Shown here in pieces: positions 38,667 to 51,508 of a stretch of 64,000 nt of DNA. The stretch is from assembly GCA_964016885.1 (NCBI GenBank), contig OZ024749.1:5208001-5272000 (forward strand), in the 5' to 3' direction. The stretch comes from Eledone cirrhosa. Lineage: Eukaryota. The translations under genes were made by a program, and so were the position numbers. The notes under the pieces are model-generated. The model saw only the letters and a list, made by a program, of their open reading frames with translations, made no database searches and was not told the origin of the DNA. Each line of letters opens with the position of its first letter. Within the stretch, counting starts at the first letter, position 1.

Positions 38667-40781
38667 ATGGGTGATAGAGAGAAAGAGATGGTTTTTATAA
38701 CTGAGAAAAAGATATATTGTTTTAAAAATGTTTTAGTCCACTCTGACAAAACCAATAACCTATATGGTATTTCCAAGGATAATTATAACAACCTTATCCT
38801 AAAGGAACTTAGGAAAAAGTATCGTAAAACCAACCATGAAAATTTAGAATGCATAAACCTTGAAGCCTATGAGATTATGTCAAAACTTGGCATTGAAAAA
38901 AAGACCGAACCATTCCTCCCAAGAACTCCGAGGATAAATCTCAAGGATCACAAAAACAATTTTCGCACTGAACTACCTGTTAGATTAATCGCCCCCTCTA
39001 AATCTGATCTGGGGGTTGTTAGTAAAGCCATCTTGGATAGGATTATCCCACAGGTTTGTTCTAATTGCTCTTCTTTAAACCTAAATTTATGGTTTGGTAC
39101 TTCTGAAGTGATTGGCTGGTTCAACAAATTGGATAATAAAAACAAACTAAAATTTATTCAATTCGATATTGCCAGCTACTATTCCTCCATTTCGCCTTCA
39201 CTTCTCAATAATGCTCTATCTTTCGCACTTAAATATTCTGACATCACCACATATGAACTTCACATTATCCTCACCGCACGTAAAACCATCCTAGATTTCA
39301 ACAACGAATATTGGACCAGAGCCGATACCTCTAACAACTTTGACATCACAATGGGAGCATCCGATTCATCCCAATTGACTGATTTAATTGGTATCTTCAT
39401 TTTGAACTCTTTGAGTCGGAAAATTCCTCAACTTCGCGGTGGAATTTATCGTGACGATGGACTCTTTACTATCCTAAATTGCAATATAGTTAAACTTAAT
39501 ATTATTAAGAACAATATACGTAATCTCTTTAACCAACATAACCTAAAAATTGAATTTGATAATAATATCAAACTAGCTAATTTCTTGGATGTATCTCTTA
39601 ATCTTGACACTGGCCTATATTACCCTTACCATAAAAACAATGAGAATCTTAATTATGTTAACTTTAAATCTAACCATCCTACCAATATCAAGAATGCTAT
39701 AGTTAATAATATTGGAAATAGAATATCTAACATATCTTCTAATAAAAACATCTTTGATGCTAACGCCAATTACTATAATAACGCACTTTCTAAAGCCGGC
39801 TATCCAGATAAAATCAAATATAATAAAGAAACAAATTCTAGGAAAACTTACAGTAGAATAATTAATCATGACCATTCCAATAATTTTAATAAAAGACCTA
39901 GATACAAAAACATAATCTGGTATAATGCTCCTTTCTCCATCTCTATTAATAATAATATTCCTAAATTATTTTTTAGTGCCTTAAATAAATGCTTCCCTCC
40001 CTCACATATCTATAGTAAAATATTTAACAAACACACCATCACATTTTCATATTCTACATCCTCCAATATTTCCAACATCATCTCTAAACACAACAACAAA
40101 ATATTAAATACTAAATCTCTTCCTTCCAATATTGAATTTCATAATAACAGTAATAGTACTCCCGACGTCATTGTAAACCCTAGGCAAACTTCTGTAAACC
40201 CAAATACAACGTCAAACACAACTTCGCTAAATGTTCATAATCCAACTCTAAATCAAGAAACTATTATTCCTATTATTCCTATCGCAAACAACTTCTCCAA
40301 TCCAATTCCTTCTATAGATAACACTAGATCACTCATTAATAATCTCTCTAATTGCAACTGCCGCATTAAAAATAAATGTCCTCTCAACAACCATTGCCTC
40401 GATAAAAACTTAATTTATGAATGTAAAATTATAACTAGCACCAATTCCTTCATCTATTTTGGCTCCACTTCCACCTCTTTTAAAGCTCGTCTCTATAATC
40501 ATCATTCATCTTTCAAATACAAACTTAAAAGAACTAACACTGCTCTCTCAGAACTCATATGGTCCTTAAAAGACAAAAACATTAAATATAACATCTTTTG
40601 GAAAAAGATTTCTTCTGCATCCTCATACTTGAACAGCTCTCTATCTAAAATCTGTAATCTTTGCCTAAATGAAAAATTTACCATTATCTCTAACCTAGAA
40701 TCTATAATAAATAGACGCTCAGATTTGTTTTCTATCTGCCTGCATAAATTCCATAGAACTTTTCACAAAGTATACAGTTAA
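38667..40781 (+). CDS. Penelope/Naiad reverse transcriptase-GIY-YIG endonuclease (704 aa; first ~19 aa come from the inverted pLTR)
   Basis: SDKTNNLY (DKT variant of the PLE DKG motif), LKDHK..F..PVRLI, FDIASYY, MGASDS, YRDD, NFLDV, CNCx5Cx5C, LIY..YFG(ST), FKARLYNH, CNLC..EK..CLH; no stops. Confidence 0.92.
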   Translation: MGDREKEMVFITEKKIYCFKNVLVHSDKTNNLYGISKDNYNNLILKELRKKYRKTNHENLECINLEAYEIMSKLGIEKKTEPFLPRTPRINLKDHKNNFRTELPVRLIAPSKSDLGVVSKAILDRIIPQVCSNCSSLNLNLWFGTSEVIGWFNKLDNKNKLKFIQFDIASYYSSISPSLLNNALSFALKYSDITTYELHIILTARKTILDFNNEYWTRADTSNNFDITMGASDSSQLTDLIGIFILNSLSRKIPQLRGGIYRDDGLFTILNCNIVKLNIIKNNIRNLFNQHNLKIEFDNNIKLANFLDVSLNLDTGLYYPYHKNNENLNYVNFKSNHPTNIKNAIVNNIGNRISNISSNKNIFDANANYYNNALSKAGYPDKIKYNKETNSRKTYSRIINHDHSNNFNKRPRYKNIIWYNAPFSISINNNIPKLFFSALNKCFPPSHIYSKIFNKHTITFSYSTSSNISNIISKHNNKILNTKSLPSNIEFHNNSNSTPDVIVNPRQTSVNPNTTSNTTSLNVHNPTLNQETIIPIIPIANNFSNPIPSIDNTRSLINNLSNCNCRIKNKCPLNNHCLDKNLIYECKIITSTNSFIYFGSTSTSFKARLYNHHSSFKYKLKRTNTALSELIWSLKDKNIKYNIFWKKISSASSYLNSSLSKICNLCLNEKFTIISNLESIINRRSDLFSICLHKFHRTFHKVYS

Positions 40782-41261
40782 TATTCAATTCTTTATCAAT
40801 TTAGAATCTTTTCTCAAAGGCACATATACATACACCTCTTTAAAATATACCCATCTACCTTACTTTAAAGGGCATTATACACTCTATAATACTCGTTTAC
40901 TCATTACCCTCATTCTATCTTCTCGTAAAATAATAACATTTGTTTTTGACATTTTGAATATTCATCCGCAATCATTATTATTTTTTCTCTCTATCATAAA
41001 TCTTTTTAATCTCAATTTCATCCTTAATTTATTATTATTTTTTTCTCCCCATCAACGAACTCATTATTAATACATATGAATTCAATATACAAACTTTAAC
41101 TTCACATTATTTTTCTCAAATCCTTCTACACACAAACCTTAACAATTTTTCTCTTCGCTAATTTTGAAATTGCCACAATACATACATTTCTTCTTTTGAC
41201 GTTAGAATATTCACCCACAATTATTATTTTTTTCTCTCTATCTTCATACATAATTTCTGTT

Positions 41262-41670
41262 CGTTAATTTTCAAATTCCTTTAATTTATACATTATCTTC
41301 CAACGGTTCCCAACCTCTCTATATTAAAACAATATATCTTTTTCTCAGTTATGAAAACTATCTCTTTCTCTCTATCACCCATCTCTCCCTCTCCACCTTC
41401 ACTCTCATCTCCTCCCCCCTTTTTTTCATCCTTTCCACCCCCCCTCCCTAAATAAAATATTTTTTCCTCGCACATATCCTCCCTTCGTTAATTTTCAAAA
41501 TTTTTAATTTATACAGTATCTTCCAACGGTTTTCAACCCCTCTATGTAAAAAATATATCTCCTCTCAGTTATAAAAACTATCTCTTTCTCTCTATCACCC
41601 ATCTCTCCCTCTCATCTCCTTCCCTTTTCATCCTTTCACCCCCCCCCCCTCTCTAAATAAAATATTTTTC
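41262..41670. repeat. ~225-bp tandem duplication in the Naiad 3' UTR
   Basis: cgttaattttcaaa..ttaatttataca.tatcttccaacggtt..ctatctctttctctctatcacccatctctccctc occurs at ~41262 and ~41486. Confidence 0.85.
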
Positions 41671-41766
41671 CCAATATCACACATCAATCTAAAACCACTT
41701 TTCATATGTTGATTAAAAACTGCACTATCAACAAGTGTTTTTTTAGCCTTCATATCATGTTCTCCT

Positions 41767-41835
41767 GTTTTATCTGATGAAAACACAAATATTATTGCTT
41801 GATGATGTTTGTTTTTGAAATGCGCATAATAAAAT
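41767..41835 (+). ncRNA. Minimal type I hammerhead ribozyme in the 3' pLTR
   Basis: GTTTTAT-CTGATGA-[aaacacaaatattatt gctt gatgatgtttgttttt]-GAAA-TGCGCAT-A^ATAAAAT; palindromic helix III; predicted cleavage after AUA at 41828. Confidence 0.85.
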
Positions 41836-41866
41836 ATATGGAACTCATTTAACCATCTTTTGATCT

Positions 41867-41899
<33 letters not shown>

Positions 41900-41930
41900 A
41901 ATGTGTATATATATATATATATATATATGA

Positions 41931-42057
<127 letters not shown>

Positions 42058-42061
42058 TGTG

Positions 42062-42093
<32 letters not shown>

Positions 42094-42198
42094 TATATGA
42101 ATGTGTATATATATATATATATATATGAATCTATATATATATATATATATATATATATGAATGTGTTATATATATATATATATATATATATGAATGTG

Positions 42199-42234
<36 letters not shown>

Positions 42235-42668
42235 ATGGATGTATATATATATATATATGTATATATGTATCTATGGATGTGTATATATAAATATATATAT
42301 ATGTATCTATGAATGTGTATATATAAATATATATATGTATATATGTATCTATGGATGTGTATATATAAATATATATATGTATATATGTATCTATGAATGT
42401 GTGTATATAAATATATATATGTATATATGTATTTATGGATGTGTATATATAAATATATATATGTATATATGTATTTATGGATGTGTATATATAAATATAT
42501 ATATGTATATATGTATCTATGAATGTGTATATATAAATATATATATGTATATATGTATCTATGAATGTGTATATATAAATATATATATATATATATGTAT
42601 CTATGAATGTGTATATATAAATATATATATATATGTATCTATGAATGTGTATATATATATATATATAT

Positions 42669-43345
42669 ATTTAAGTCGTTTGGAAGCCTCGACAATGCAA
42701 ATGGGTAAATCTCCGGGTAACAAGGTCCGGTTGTGGAGAGAGAGATGTAAGTGGGTGTACGTTGAGATGCGTGGTGTGTATAAGATGTGTGAGATGTGTA
42801 GAATGAAGGGAAGAGTATAAAGGATAAAAATAAAAATAACAACACAAGAGTCCTTATATATTTCGGATTCACATCCATCAACCGGGGTTTTATTCCGGGG
42901 TGGGGGAAAAAGTTGTCTGTCGGACAAGTCCGGAACGCGTCTTTCGCCGTTTGTTGTTTTGAATATCGATATTCAAAACAACAAACAGCGAAAGACGCGT
43001 TCCGGACTTGTCCGACAGACAACCTTTTCCAACACCCCGGAAAAAAAACCCAGTTTATGGATGTGAATCCGAAATATATAGGGACTATTAAATCTCTCCC
43101 AAGGTAACTCTCTCTTGTGTTGTTATTTTTATTTTTATCCTTTATACTCTTCCCTTCATTCTACACATCTCACACATCTTATACACACCACGCATCTCAA
43201 CGTACACCCACTTACATCTCTCTCTCCACCACCGGACCTTGTTACCCGGAGATTTACCCATTTGCATTGTCGAGGCTTCCAAACGACTTAAACATATTTA
43301 CTTATTGTTCCACAATGCTTCAAGCAAACTACAATACTCTCTTAT
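42669..43345. mobile_element. ~620-bp near-perfect zero-spacer palindrome (fold-back element, family D)
   Basis: ttaagtcgtttggaagcctcgacaatgc ... gaatatc|gatattc ... gcattgtcgaggcttccaaacgacttaa; right arm has a ~24-nt insertion and a ~50-nt extension to (TA)n. Confidence 0.9.
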
Positions 43346-43569
43346 ATATATATATGCATCTATGAATGTGTATATATAAATATATATATATATATGTGTA
43401 TCTATGAATGTATGTGTGCGTATGCATATGTGTGCGCGTGTGATTATATATATGTATGTGTGTTTCCGTGTATATATATATATATATATATATGACTACG
43501 ATTTTTCGTTTCGTTTCGCTTTTTCTACCCGCCGAAATGCGATTCTCGCTGAATTTATATATATATATG

Positions 43570-43607
<38 letters not shown>

Positions 43608-43661
43608 TATATGCGTATTTATCTATATCTGTGTGTATCTATGCATGTGTGTGAGAGTGTT

Positions 43662-43702
<41 letters not shown>

Positions 43703-44074
43703 ATGCATAGATGCACACACAATATATATATATAATATATATATATACACACATGCATAGATGAACACACAATATATATATATATACATATATATATATG
43801 CACATGCATAGATGCACACACACACACAATATATTTATATATATATATATATATATATTGTGCACATATAGCCTGTTTTTTCCTATATATTTCGCTATAT
43901 TCTTATCTGCATAGGCCTCTTGCTGTCCACTCTATATAAAATGAAAAATAGATTGCCAGGAAATAGAATAGCTCTGCTTTCTATAGGGATTGTGCAAACA
44001 ACAATTTATTAGAGCTGTAGTCATGTTAATAATGCTTCTTTGATTGGCATGGGATTTTAAATAATAATGATTTC

Positions 44075-44432
44075 TTTATTAACCACAAGGGTTTACATAA
44101 AGTAGACATTAAGGACAGTGCAGGACAATACAGTACGGTACAAATGGGCATTTCTGCGTGTAAAAAACAAAAACAGAGGATGTAACAAAAAAATAACAAT
44201 GAAAAATTCCCCAATAGGAGGGTGGGGGAGACTTCGGAGGGACATTTGTGGAGAAAGCCCAGTAAAAGGCCACAGTGACCCTGACCACCAAGGCAAGTGC
44301 CTTTTCCCAGTTTTCCACCTTTAATTTACAGATATATACTCAGAGTAGGCCCATTCACTCGGGCCATTCTTGCTTCTCTCACCCATCTTTCAACAAAATG
44401 CTGGGAAGAGAGCACTTCCCTCTCTACTTTTA
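44075..44432 (-). mobile_element. L1/Tx1-like LINE 3' end
   Basis: Minus strand reads KVEREVLSSQHFVERWVREARMARVNGPTLSIYL* (F..RW C-terminal motif), then a 3'UTR ending AATAAAgaaatcattatt. Confidence 0.5.
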
Positions 44433-44455
44433 AATAATAATGATAATAAAAATAA

Positions 44456-44840
44456 TAATTGTTTCTACTGTTGGCACAAGGCCAGCAATTATCCAGTGTA
44501 TTACTGGTGCTTTATTTTATCGACCCCGTAAGGATGAAAGGCAAAGTTAACCTCGGCGGGATTTCAACTCAGACCATTCAGGGACGTAACTCTATACGGG
44601 AAAGCATGGCGTCCGACCTTCTACCGATACTGCTAATCGATCGCCCTCTATATACTACTACTACTAATAATAATAATAATTGTTTCTACTTTTGGCACAA
44701 GGCCAGCAATTACGCAGTGTATTGCTGGTACTTCATTTTATCGACCCCTTAAGGATGAAAGACAAAGTTAACCTCGGGGGGTTTGAACTCAGAATGGCAG
44801 GGCTGTAACTCTTTGCGTCAAAGCATCGCCTCCGACCCTA
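44456..44840 (-). mobile_element. Two tandem tRNA-derived SINEs
   Basis: Two SINE cores with (TAA)n tails. Confidence 0.88.
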
Positions 44841-44859
44841 GAAATCTGTCAATACTTAA

Positions 44860-45540
44860 GGCTGTATTGAAGGAAGAGCCAGTAGATGTCCAAGAAAGAA
44901 GAAAAAACAAAAAGGAAGAACAATCTGAATAAAAAGGCCCTTCATAGCATCGGTTTGAAGAAACTAGAATTCGGACGTGGTACTGGTTAAATAAAGGAGG
45001 AGGCTAGTCCGCTCTGTAGGATCTGTGGAGAGAGAGGGTAAACTGAGGTTCGCATCGTATCCGAGTGTAAACACCTAGCCCAGACTTACTGTAAAAGATG
45101 GAGACATGATATAATAGAAAAGGTGATTCTCTGGCATTTATATGAACTGAACAAATTACCTCATTCTGAGAAATGGCATGCGCTAGAGTCGGTGATAGAA
45201 AACGACCAGGTGAAGGTTCTGTAGGATTTGAGGGTACAAACAGACAAAAAGGTAGAACACAATATGCCTGACCTGATGGGTATTGACAAGGGGAAAAGAT
45301 ATTGCATGATTATAGATGTAGCCTAGCTCTTTGACACATGGATGTAGGAGGTAATACACCGGTACCAAGATTTAAAGTGCGAACCGGTTCAAGGATTTGG
45401 AATTATCATGAGATCAAAGTCGTCCCCATCGTCAAAAGAGCACTAGCTTCTAGCTCGAAGAGTTTTCAAGGCTGGTTAAAGGACATTAGGCCAGCTCTCC
45501 TTTTTTGGAACTCCCCAAAAGGCATGCCCTTTGAAGCCAC
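44860..45540 (+). pseudogene. Degenerate R4/Dong-type non-LTR ORF C-terminus (zinc knuckle and restriction-like endonuclease)
   Basis: SPLCRICG..IVSECKHLAQTYCKRWRHDII..WHL..VIENDQVKVL*DLRVQTDKKVEHNMPDL..DK..CMIIDVA; stops present. Confidence 0.78.
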
Positions 45541-45659
45541 GGGAAGTGTGGTGGCTTGCCCCAAAACACAAGGCGCCATCTAGAATCGAATTCATAACTT
45601 TATTTTCGTAAGTACAATGCCAGGTAGAAACACATACGTTTCATTAAACGAAAGTTGAC

Positions 45660-46290
45660 ATTATTCTTTATCTATTTTGGTTTTAAGTTCTTAACAACCT
45701 CTGAAGAAGATTTTAATGGCTTAAGTGGTTAATAGTCCAAAAATAAATTTTATTCTATGTTTATGTAGGTTTTCATTAATCGTTGTTGGCACATCTACGA
45801 ACGTGTAGTTTTCTGTTTAACCTAGAATCATTTCATTTTACGTTTTTGCTGCAAACGTTTACGAAGTTAAAACTAACTAGATTAGCCCTATGAAGTGAAT
45901 GGATATTATCACAGAAAGGACAAAAGCAAATTTTATTGGATGAATTATGCTATATATGTTAGATAGAAAAATTAGATATGTTAAAAAAAACATTAGCTTT
46001 GTACGAAAGACAAATGCAAAGTTAGCATCTACGTTAATGGAAATTAATGGGGAAATGTCACTGTTTTATTTAATTTTAACTTCGTAAAAGGTTACAGCAA
46101 AACAGATCGCTAAAATATGTATAAGCTAATAAGAAAACAATACCGCTGTGGAGGTGCCATATGCGTTTAATGAAATTGTGCTTAAAGGCAAAATAAAAGA
46201 GGTTTTTACACTATTAAAAGCTCAAACCAGTGTGAATTTATAAAGAGGTGTTGAAAATTGAAATAATAAAGATAGAAAATAAAAGAAATA
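45660..46290. repeat. Old, degenerate ~630-bp inverted repeat (fold-back/MITE relic)
   Basis: ttttgctgcaaacgtttacgaagttaaaa (~45844) pairs with ttttaacttcgtaaaaggttacagcaaaa (~46074); ttcattaa..tggcac pairs with gtgcca..ttaatgaa. Confidence 0.6.
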
Positions 46291-47499
46291 CATCTTATTA
46301 TTTATATAACCAAAATATGGAATTCTTTTCTTTGTTTCATTCGTTAAACTGCGGCCGTATTGAAACGATTTACTCGTTTATAACGACACCTGTAGGTTAG
46401 CTTTGCCTTTCATCCTTACGTGGTCGATAAATAAAGCACCTGTAATGAACTGGGGTCGATTTCAATGGACTTTTTCCATCCCTTCGAATGGTGGCCCTGT
46501 GCCTAAAGTAGAAACAGTCATTATTATCAGTAGTAACAACATCATTATCATCATGAAGATTGACTGAATTTGTGTCGGCCAATACTGGCTGAGTTCAATA
46601 CTGTCGTTATCAATGATGCCTTTCATCCCTCACAGATCGATAACATATAATACCAATCATATACTGGGGGTCTACATAATCGACTTTCCCTTTGTCCAAA
46701 ACTGCCTTCTGCCAAAAATACAATTCTTAACATTATCATCATCATCTTCTTTCTTCTTATTGTCATCCTCAGCATCATCATCATCTTTTTCTTCTTCTCA
46801 TCATCACCACCACCACCACCACCATCACCCTTATCACTATCACCATGAACATCGTCATCAACGTTTTCTTCTTCGCTTCATCATCATTAACATTATTATC
46901 ACCATCACACCCATCACTATCACCATCATCTTTATCACCATCATCTTCTTTGACTTCTCATGCTCTTCATCATAATTATCATCATCAACATCGTCATCAT
47001 CATCATCATCATCATCATCACCATTATCCCCATCACTAACTCCATAAAGATCATCACCATCATCATCTTCTTTTGCTTCTTCTCATTCGTTTCGTCATCA
47101 TCTTCTTCTTTTTCTTCTTCTCATTCACTTCATCATCATCATCTTCTTATCATCACCAGCAGCTGCATCATCATCATCACCCTGATCCTATTCGGTCTCG
47201 TCCACTCCTTTATTAAAATTGCACTGAAAATAAATAGCTGAAAAATGATTATGGTTCTTTAGAAAAGTGAAGACGTAAGATTTCATATTGGAAGATTGTA
47301 GGCGACTGTACGGTAATATAAACAGAATTAGCATGCAATGGAGTTTATGAAGAACCACTTAAGAAGCATATAGAAAATATTGCTGTATCAGAACATTTTC
47401 ACACTACTTTGCTTTCTTGTTTGTTCTGGGGATTATTCATGTCACTTCATTTTTTTTTTAATGTCTACTTACATATATGTATTTCTATACACGTGTGTA

Positions 47500-47540
47500 T
47501 GTATATATATATATATTTATGTGTAAAAAATATTTATATT

Positions 47541-47573
<33 letters not shown>

Positions 47574-47645
47574 ATATTTATGTGTAAAAAATATTTATAT
47601 TTATATATATATATATTTATATATATATATATTTATATATATATT

Positions 47646-47676
<31 letters not shown>

Positions 47677-47693
47677 TTATATAATTATATATT

Positions 47694-47727
<34 letters not shown>

Positions 47728-47790
47728 GAAAGAGAGATAGATAGATAGATGTTTGTATGTAAATAAATAAATATATATATATATATACAA

Positions 47791-47845
<55 letters not shown>

Positions 47846-47869
47846 ATATAAATATATAAATAAATATAT

Positions 47870-47902
<33 letters not shown>

Positions 47903-48135
47903 AATATATATATATATAAATATATATATATACAAATAAATATATATATATATATAAATATATATATATACAAATAAACATATATATATATAATATAAAT
48001 ATATAAACATATATATATATATAAATATATATATATACAAATAAACATATATATATATAATATAAATATATAAACATATATATATATAATATAAATATAT
48101 AAATATATATATATAATATAAATATATATATATAT

Positions 48136-48167
<32 letters not shown>

Positions 48168-48465
48168 ATATATATAAATATATATACAAATAAATATATA
48201 GATATATAATATATATATATATAATATAAATATATAAATAAATATATATATATAATATAAATATATTTATATATAATATAAATATATAAATAAATATATA
48301 TATATAATATAAATATATTTATATATAATATAAATATATAAATAAATATGTATATATAATATAAATATATAAATAAATATATATATATATATAATATAAA
48401 TATATATAATATAAATATATATATAATATAAATATATAAATAGATATCTATATACATATATATGT
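47500..48465. repeat. (TA)n/TAAA/TTTA satellite with an orientation switch near 47720-47760
   Basis: TTTA-type interruptions on the left, TAAA-type on the right. Confidence 0.9.
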
Positions 48466-48591
48466 GTATTCTATTTTGTACGATTTTTTTACGCTAGTGT
48501 AATATGATGGTGAATATGTTTTGTTATCTATACATTGTTCGTTTACATTTTGCTTATTTTTTTTATTAATATGTAACAGTGTGCGTATATG

Positions 48592-48629
<38 letters not shown>

Positions 48630-49519
48630 TATATGTATGTGTGTGTGTATGTGTGGGAATGTTTGTTACTTCTCGCGTATATGTATGCAGAGTAAAACAT
48701 TTATATACGGTTAATGTGTTTATGTCTGTACGACTCTGTGAGTGGGTATTTTGTGTGAAAATATGTATGAATATATAACATTTTACACGCATATTTCCAT
48801 GTACGCAAGCCTTTATATATTTATATATATATATATATGTGTGTGTGACTTTCTGTGTGTTTATGCATGTAACTGTATCTGTCTGTGTCTATAATCTAGT
48901 ATCTTTTACCAATCACACTATTTTCTTTTCCATCTTATAGTAGAAATATGACATAGAGTGTTAACTAGTTTTTCAACCAGAAATATATTCAAACAGTATA
49001 TTCGAGAACGTTTCATAAGCAACGTCCATCCTCCTACCAAGTTAATTATTTCTTCTCCAATACTTGCCTTTGTGTTTCTTATGTCTTGTCTCTATATACC
49101 TAACTGGTATTTTTTCAGGCTTTCCATACGTTTTTCCCTTGTGGTTTCATGTATAATTTCATACGCTGAGCTCAGTGACATTTGAACTCAGAGCGCAAAA
49201 ATCAGCAACGAATACCGAAACGTATTATCAAGATATTTAAACACTGTACCAGAGTATATGAAGGAACATGGAACGTGACGAGGGCCCAGTTGATTTCTTC
49301 CACAGGAGAGAGAGAGAGCGAGAGGAAAAATCGACCTTTCATTCTTTCGAGGTCCATGAAAAAAGGACCAGTCTTGTACACGCCTCTCTCTCTGGAAGGA
49401 ACCACCTGATTTCTTAAGTTTATACTGGGCTTTCGTCTCGTTTCACGCCTTTTAATAGACTCTAGTACAGTGTTTAAATGTCTTGATATTGTGAATCCAA
49501 ATGGCATATCATTTCTTTC

Positions 49520-49950
49520 GATTGGGGTTGACATTTTTGAAATCGGACGCCATACTTTGATGCATAGAGTTACGGCCCTTTCCAATCTGAGTTCAAAACC
49601 CGCCGAGGTTAACTTTGCCTTTTATCCTTACAGGGTCGATAACGTAAAGTACCAGTCATGTACTGGGGCCGATTTAATCGACTTTTCTCTCTCCCCAAAA
49701 TTGCTGGCCTTGTGCCTACATAAGAAACCATTATTTGTCTGGTGGATTGGCAGTATCGGTAGAGCATTGTACACCATTCTTCGCGGTATATAGTTACAAC
49801 CCTTTACGATCTGAGTTCAAATTCCGCTGAGGTTTTCTTTGCCATCCATCCTTATGGGTTCAATAAAATAAAGTATTATTCACATACTGGGGTCAATTTA
49901 ATCGACTTTCTCCTCCCCACAATTTACTGACCTTGTGTCTAAATCAGAAA
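49520..49950 (+). mobile_element. Two tRNA-derived SINEs
   Basis: tggcagtatcgg A box (second copy), gagttcaaa B box, SINE core. Confidence 0.85.
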
Positions 49951-50260
49951 CATTTTTATATGTGTGTTTGGGAAAGTAGAAACTGTCCAATGGGTGTGTA
50001 AGGAAATTTGGGGTGGCTTGTGCATTGATTGTTAGCCAATCATTGTTGTTTGTTTATACTTTATTTCTAGGGAGTAGCTACCATTGGTCATTTATGTCAT
50101 CCTCTCTCGGTGGGTGACAAGCTAATATTGTTGCTAAGAGATACGAAGAGTCATAGGTATGTAAATATATATTCTTATACTCGTAACTCCTGATTGAAAC
50201 TTACAGGCACAGTAATACACACACACGCAGACACACACAGACACACACACACAGACACAG

Positions 50261-50298
<38 letters not shown>

Positions 50299-50440
50299 CT
50301 GTGTGTGTCCGTGTCAAAATATACGTGGGCGTCTGTGCTTGCGTTTATGTCTCGGAAAATTAACAGTTCGACAAAAAGACATTGATAAAGAAGAAACAAA
50401 TTTGACAATATATATATTTATTGGGGCTGGGATAAATAAA

Positions 50441-50565
50441 TAAATGGCGGTATTACCCTAGTATATTTGCAGCCTAGGGGCTGAAACCAGCATATATATA
50501 TATATATATATATATGCTGGCTTCAGTCCCTAGGCTGCTAATATACTAGGGTAATACCGCCATTT
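50441..50565. repeat. Palindrome with a (TA)n loop
   Basis: aaatggcggtattaccctagtatatttgcagcctaggggctgaaaccagc(AT)n gctggcttcagtccctaggctgctaatatactagggtaataccgccattt. Confidence 0.88.
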
Positions 50566-50674
50566 AATTCCTAAGCCGAAATACGATTCTCGCTAATTTA
50601 TATTTGTATATATATATATATATATATACACATTGATATTAAATAAATGGAAACTATATTTATAAAACCATATT

Positions 50675-50735
50675 TATTCTATTATATATATTTCAAGGGT
50701 ACCAAAACTTTGGTACGCTTTCATCAGATAAAATA
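50675..50735 (-). ncRNA. Minimal type I hammerhead ribozyme motif (family C)
   Basis: Minus: TATTTTAT-CTGATGA-aagcgtaccaaa gt tttggtaccctt-GAAA-tatata-TA-ATAGAATA; flanks homologous to 21877-22055. Confidence 0.78.
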
Positions 50736-51469
50736 CGAAGTGTGTTTTATAAATTTGGACATAACCAAGGAAAATACCTTAACGGTTCAAGTTTTCCTTG
50801 GATATATATATATACATATATAATAAGGTTAAAATAGAATATAAGAATATATTTAAATATACGGTACAAAATGAAAGGAATAATGTGAAGATGAATGTTT
50901 TGATATGGGGAAAATAAAAATATAATTGTAAGGAATATAAAAAAAGAGATTTAACATAAAATTAAAATAGTAAAACGTTACATGATGCGATAAAAAGCTT
51001 TGCACATAATAACCAATAACAACAAAAAATATATAAAGTTAATACAACTTCGATGAGTAAACAGATAAATATAAGACTCGCCGCCATATTAAATGAGAGT
51101 GTGTGAAACAGAACACATCAGAATAAAAGTTATGGAAAATAAATTATAAAGTGAATTTGAAGTAGTTTTAAATAGAGTATATATATATATATATATATAT
51201 AAGTATGTGCACGTACATACATATATGTATACAGACGTACAGTAGTATGTATATATATATATATACATACATGCACACATATATATGTGTACGTATGGAT
51301 TATATATATATATATATATATATATTCTTTATATTACTTACTTATTACTTTTTCATTTTTGTTTTCAACTTTTATATAAATTCACTTTACTGTCAACTCA
51401 TGATGACTTCTGTTCTAAATTTCCTTTTAATATATTCACATTCACATAATTTCGGGAACTAGTATAATT

Positions 51470-51508
<39 letters not shown>

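Larger units (their letters stand above)
38180..41872 (+). mobile_element. Penelope-like retroelement, Naiad type, 5'-truncated, with inverted pseudo-LTR
   Basis: Near-perfect ~545-bp inverted repeats 38180-38725 / 41324-41872 around an RT-GIY-YIG ORF; hammerhead in the pLTR; ends in (TA)n. Confidence 0.92.

Noticed and set aside
38667-41324. Selenoprotein/SECIS as reported for some Naiad elements
   Set aside because: The ORF has no in-frame TGA and ends at TAA
38180-41872. DNA transposon interpretation of the long inverted repeats
   Set aside because: The ORF is RT plus GIY-YIG, and the left arm is an inverted copy of the 3'UTR that truncates the ORF, typical of Penelope-like elements
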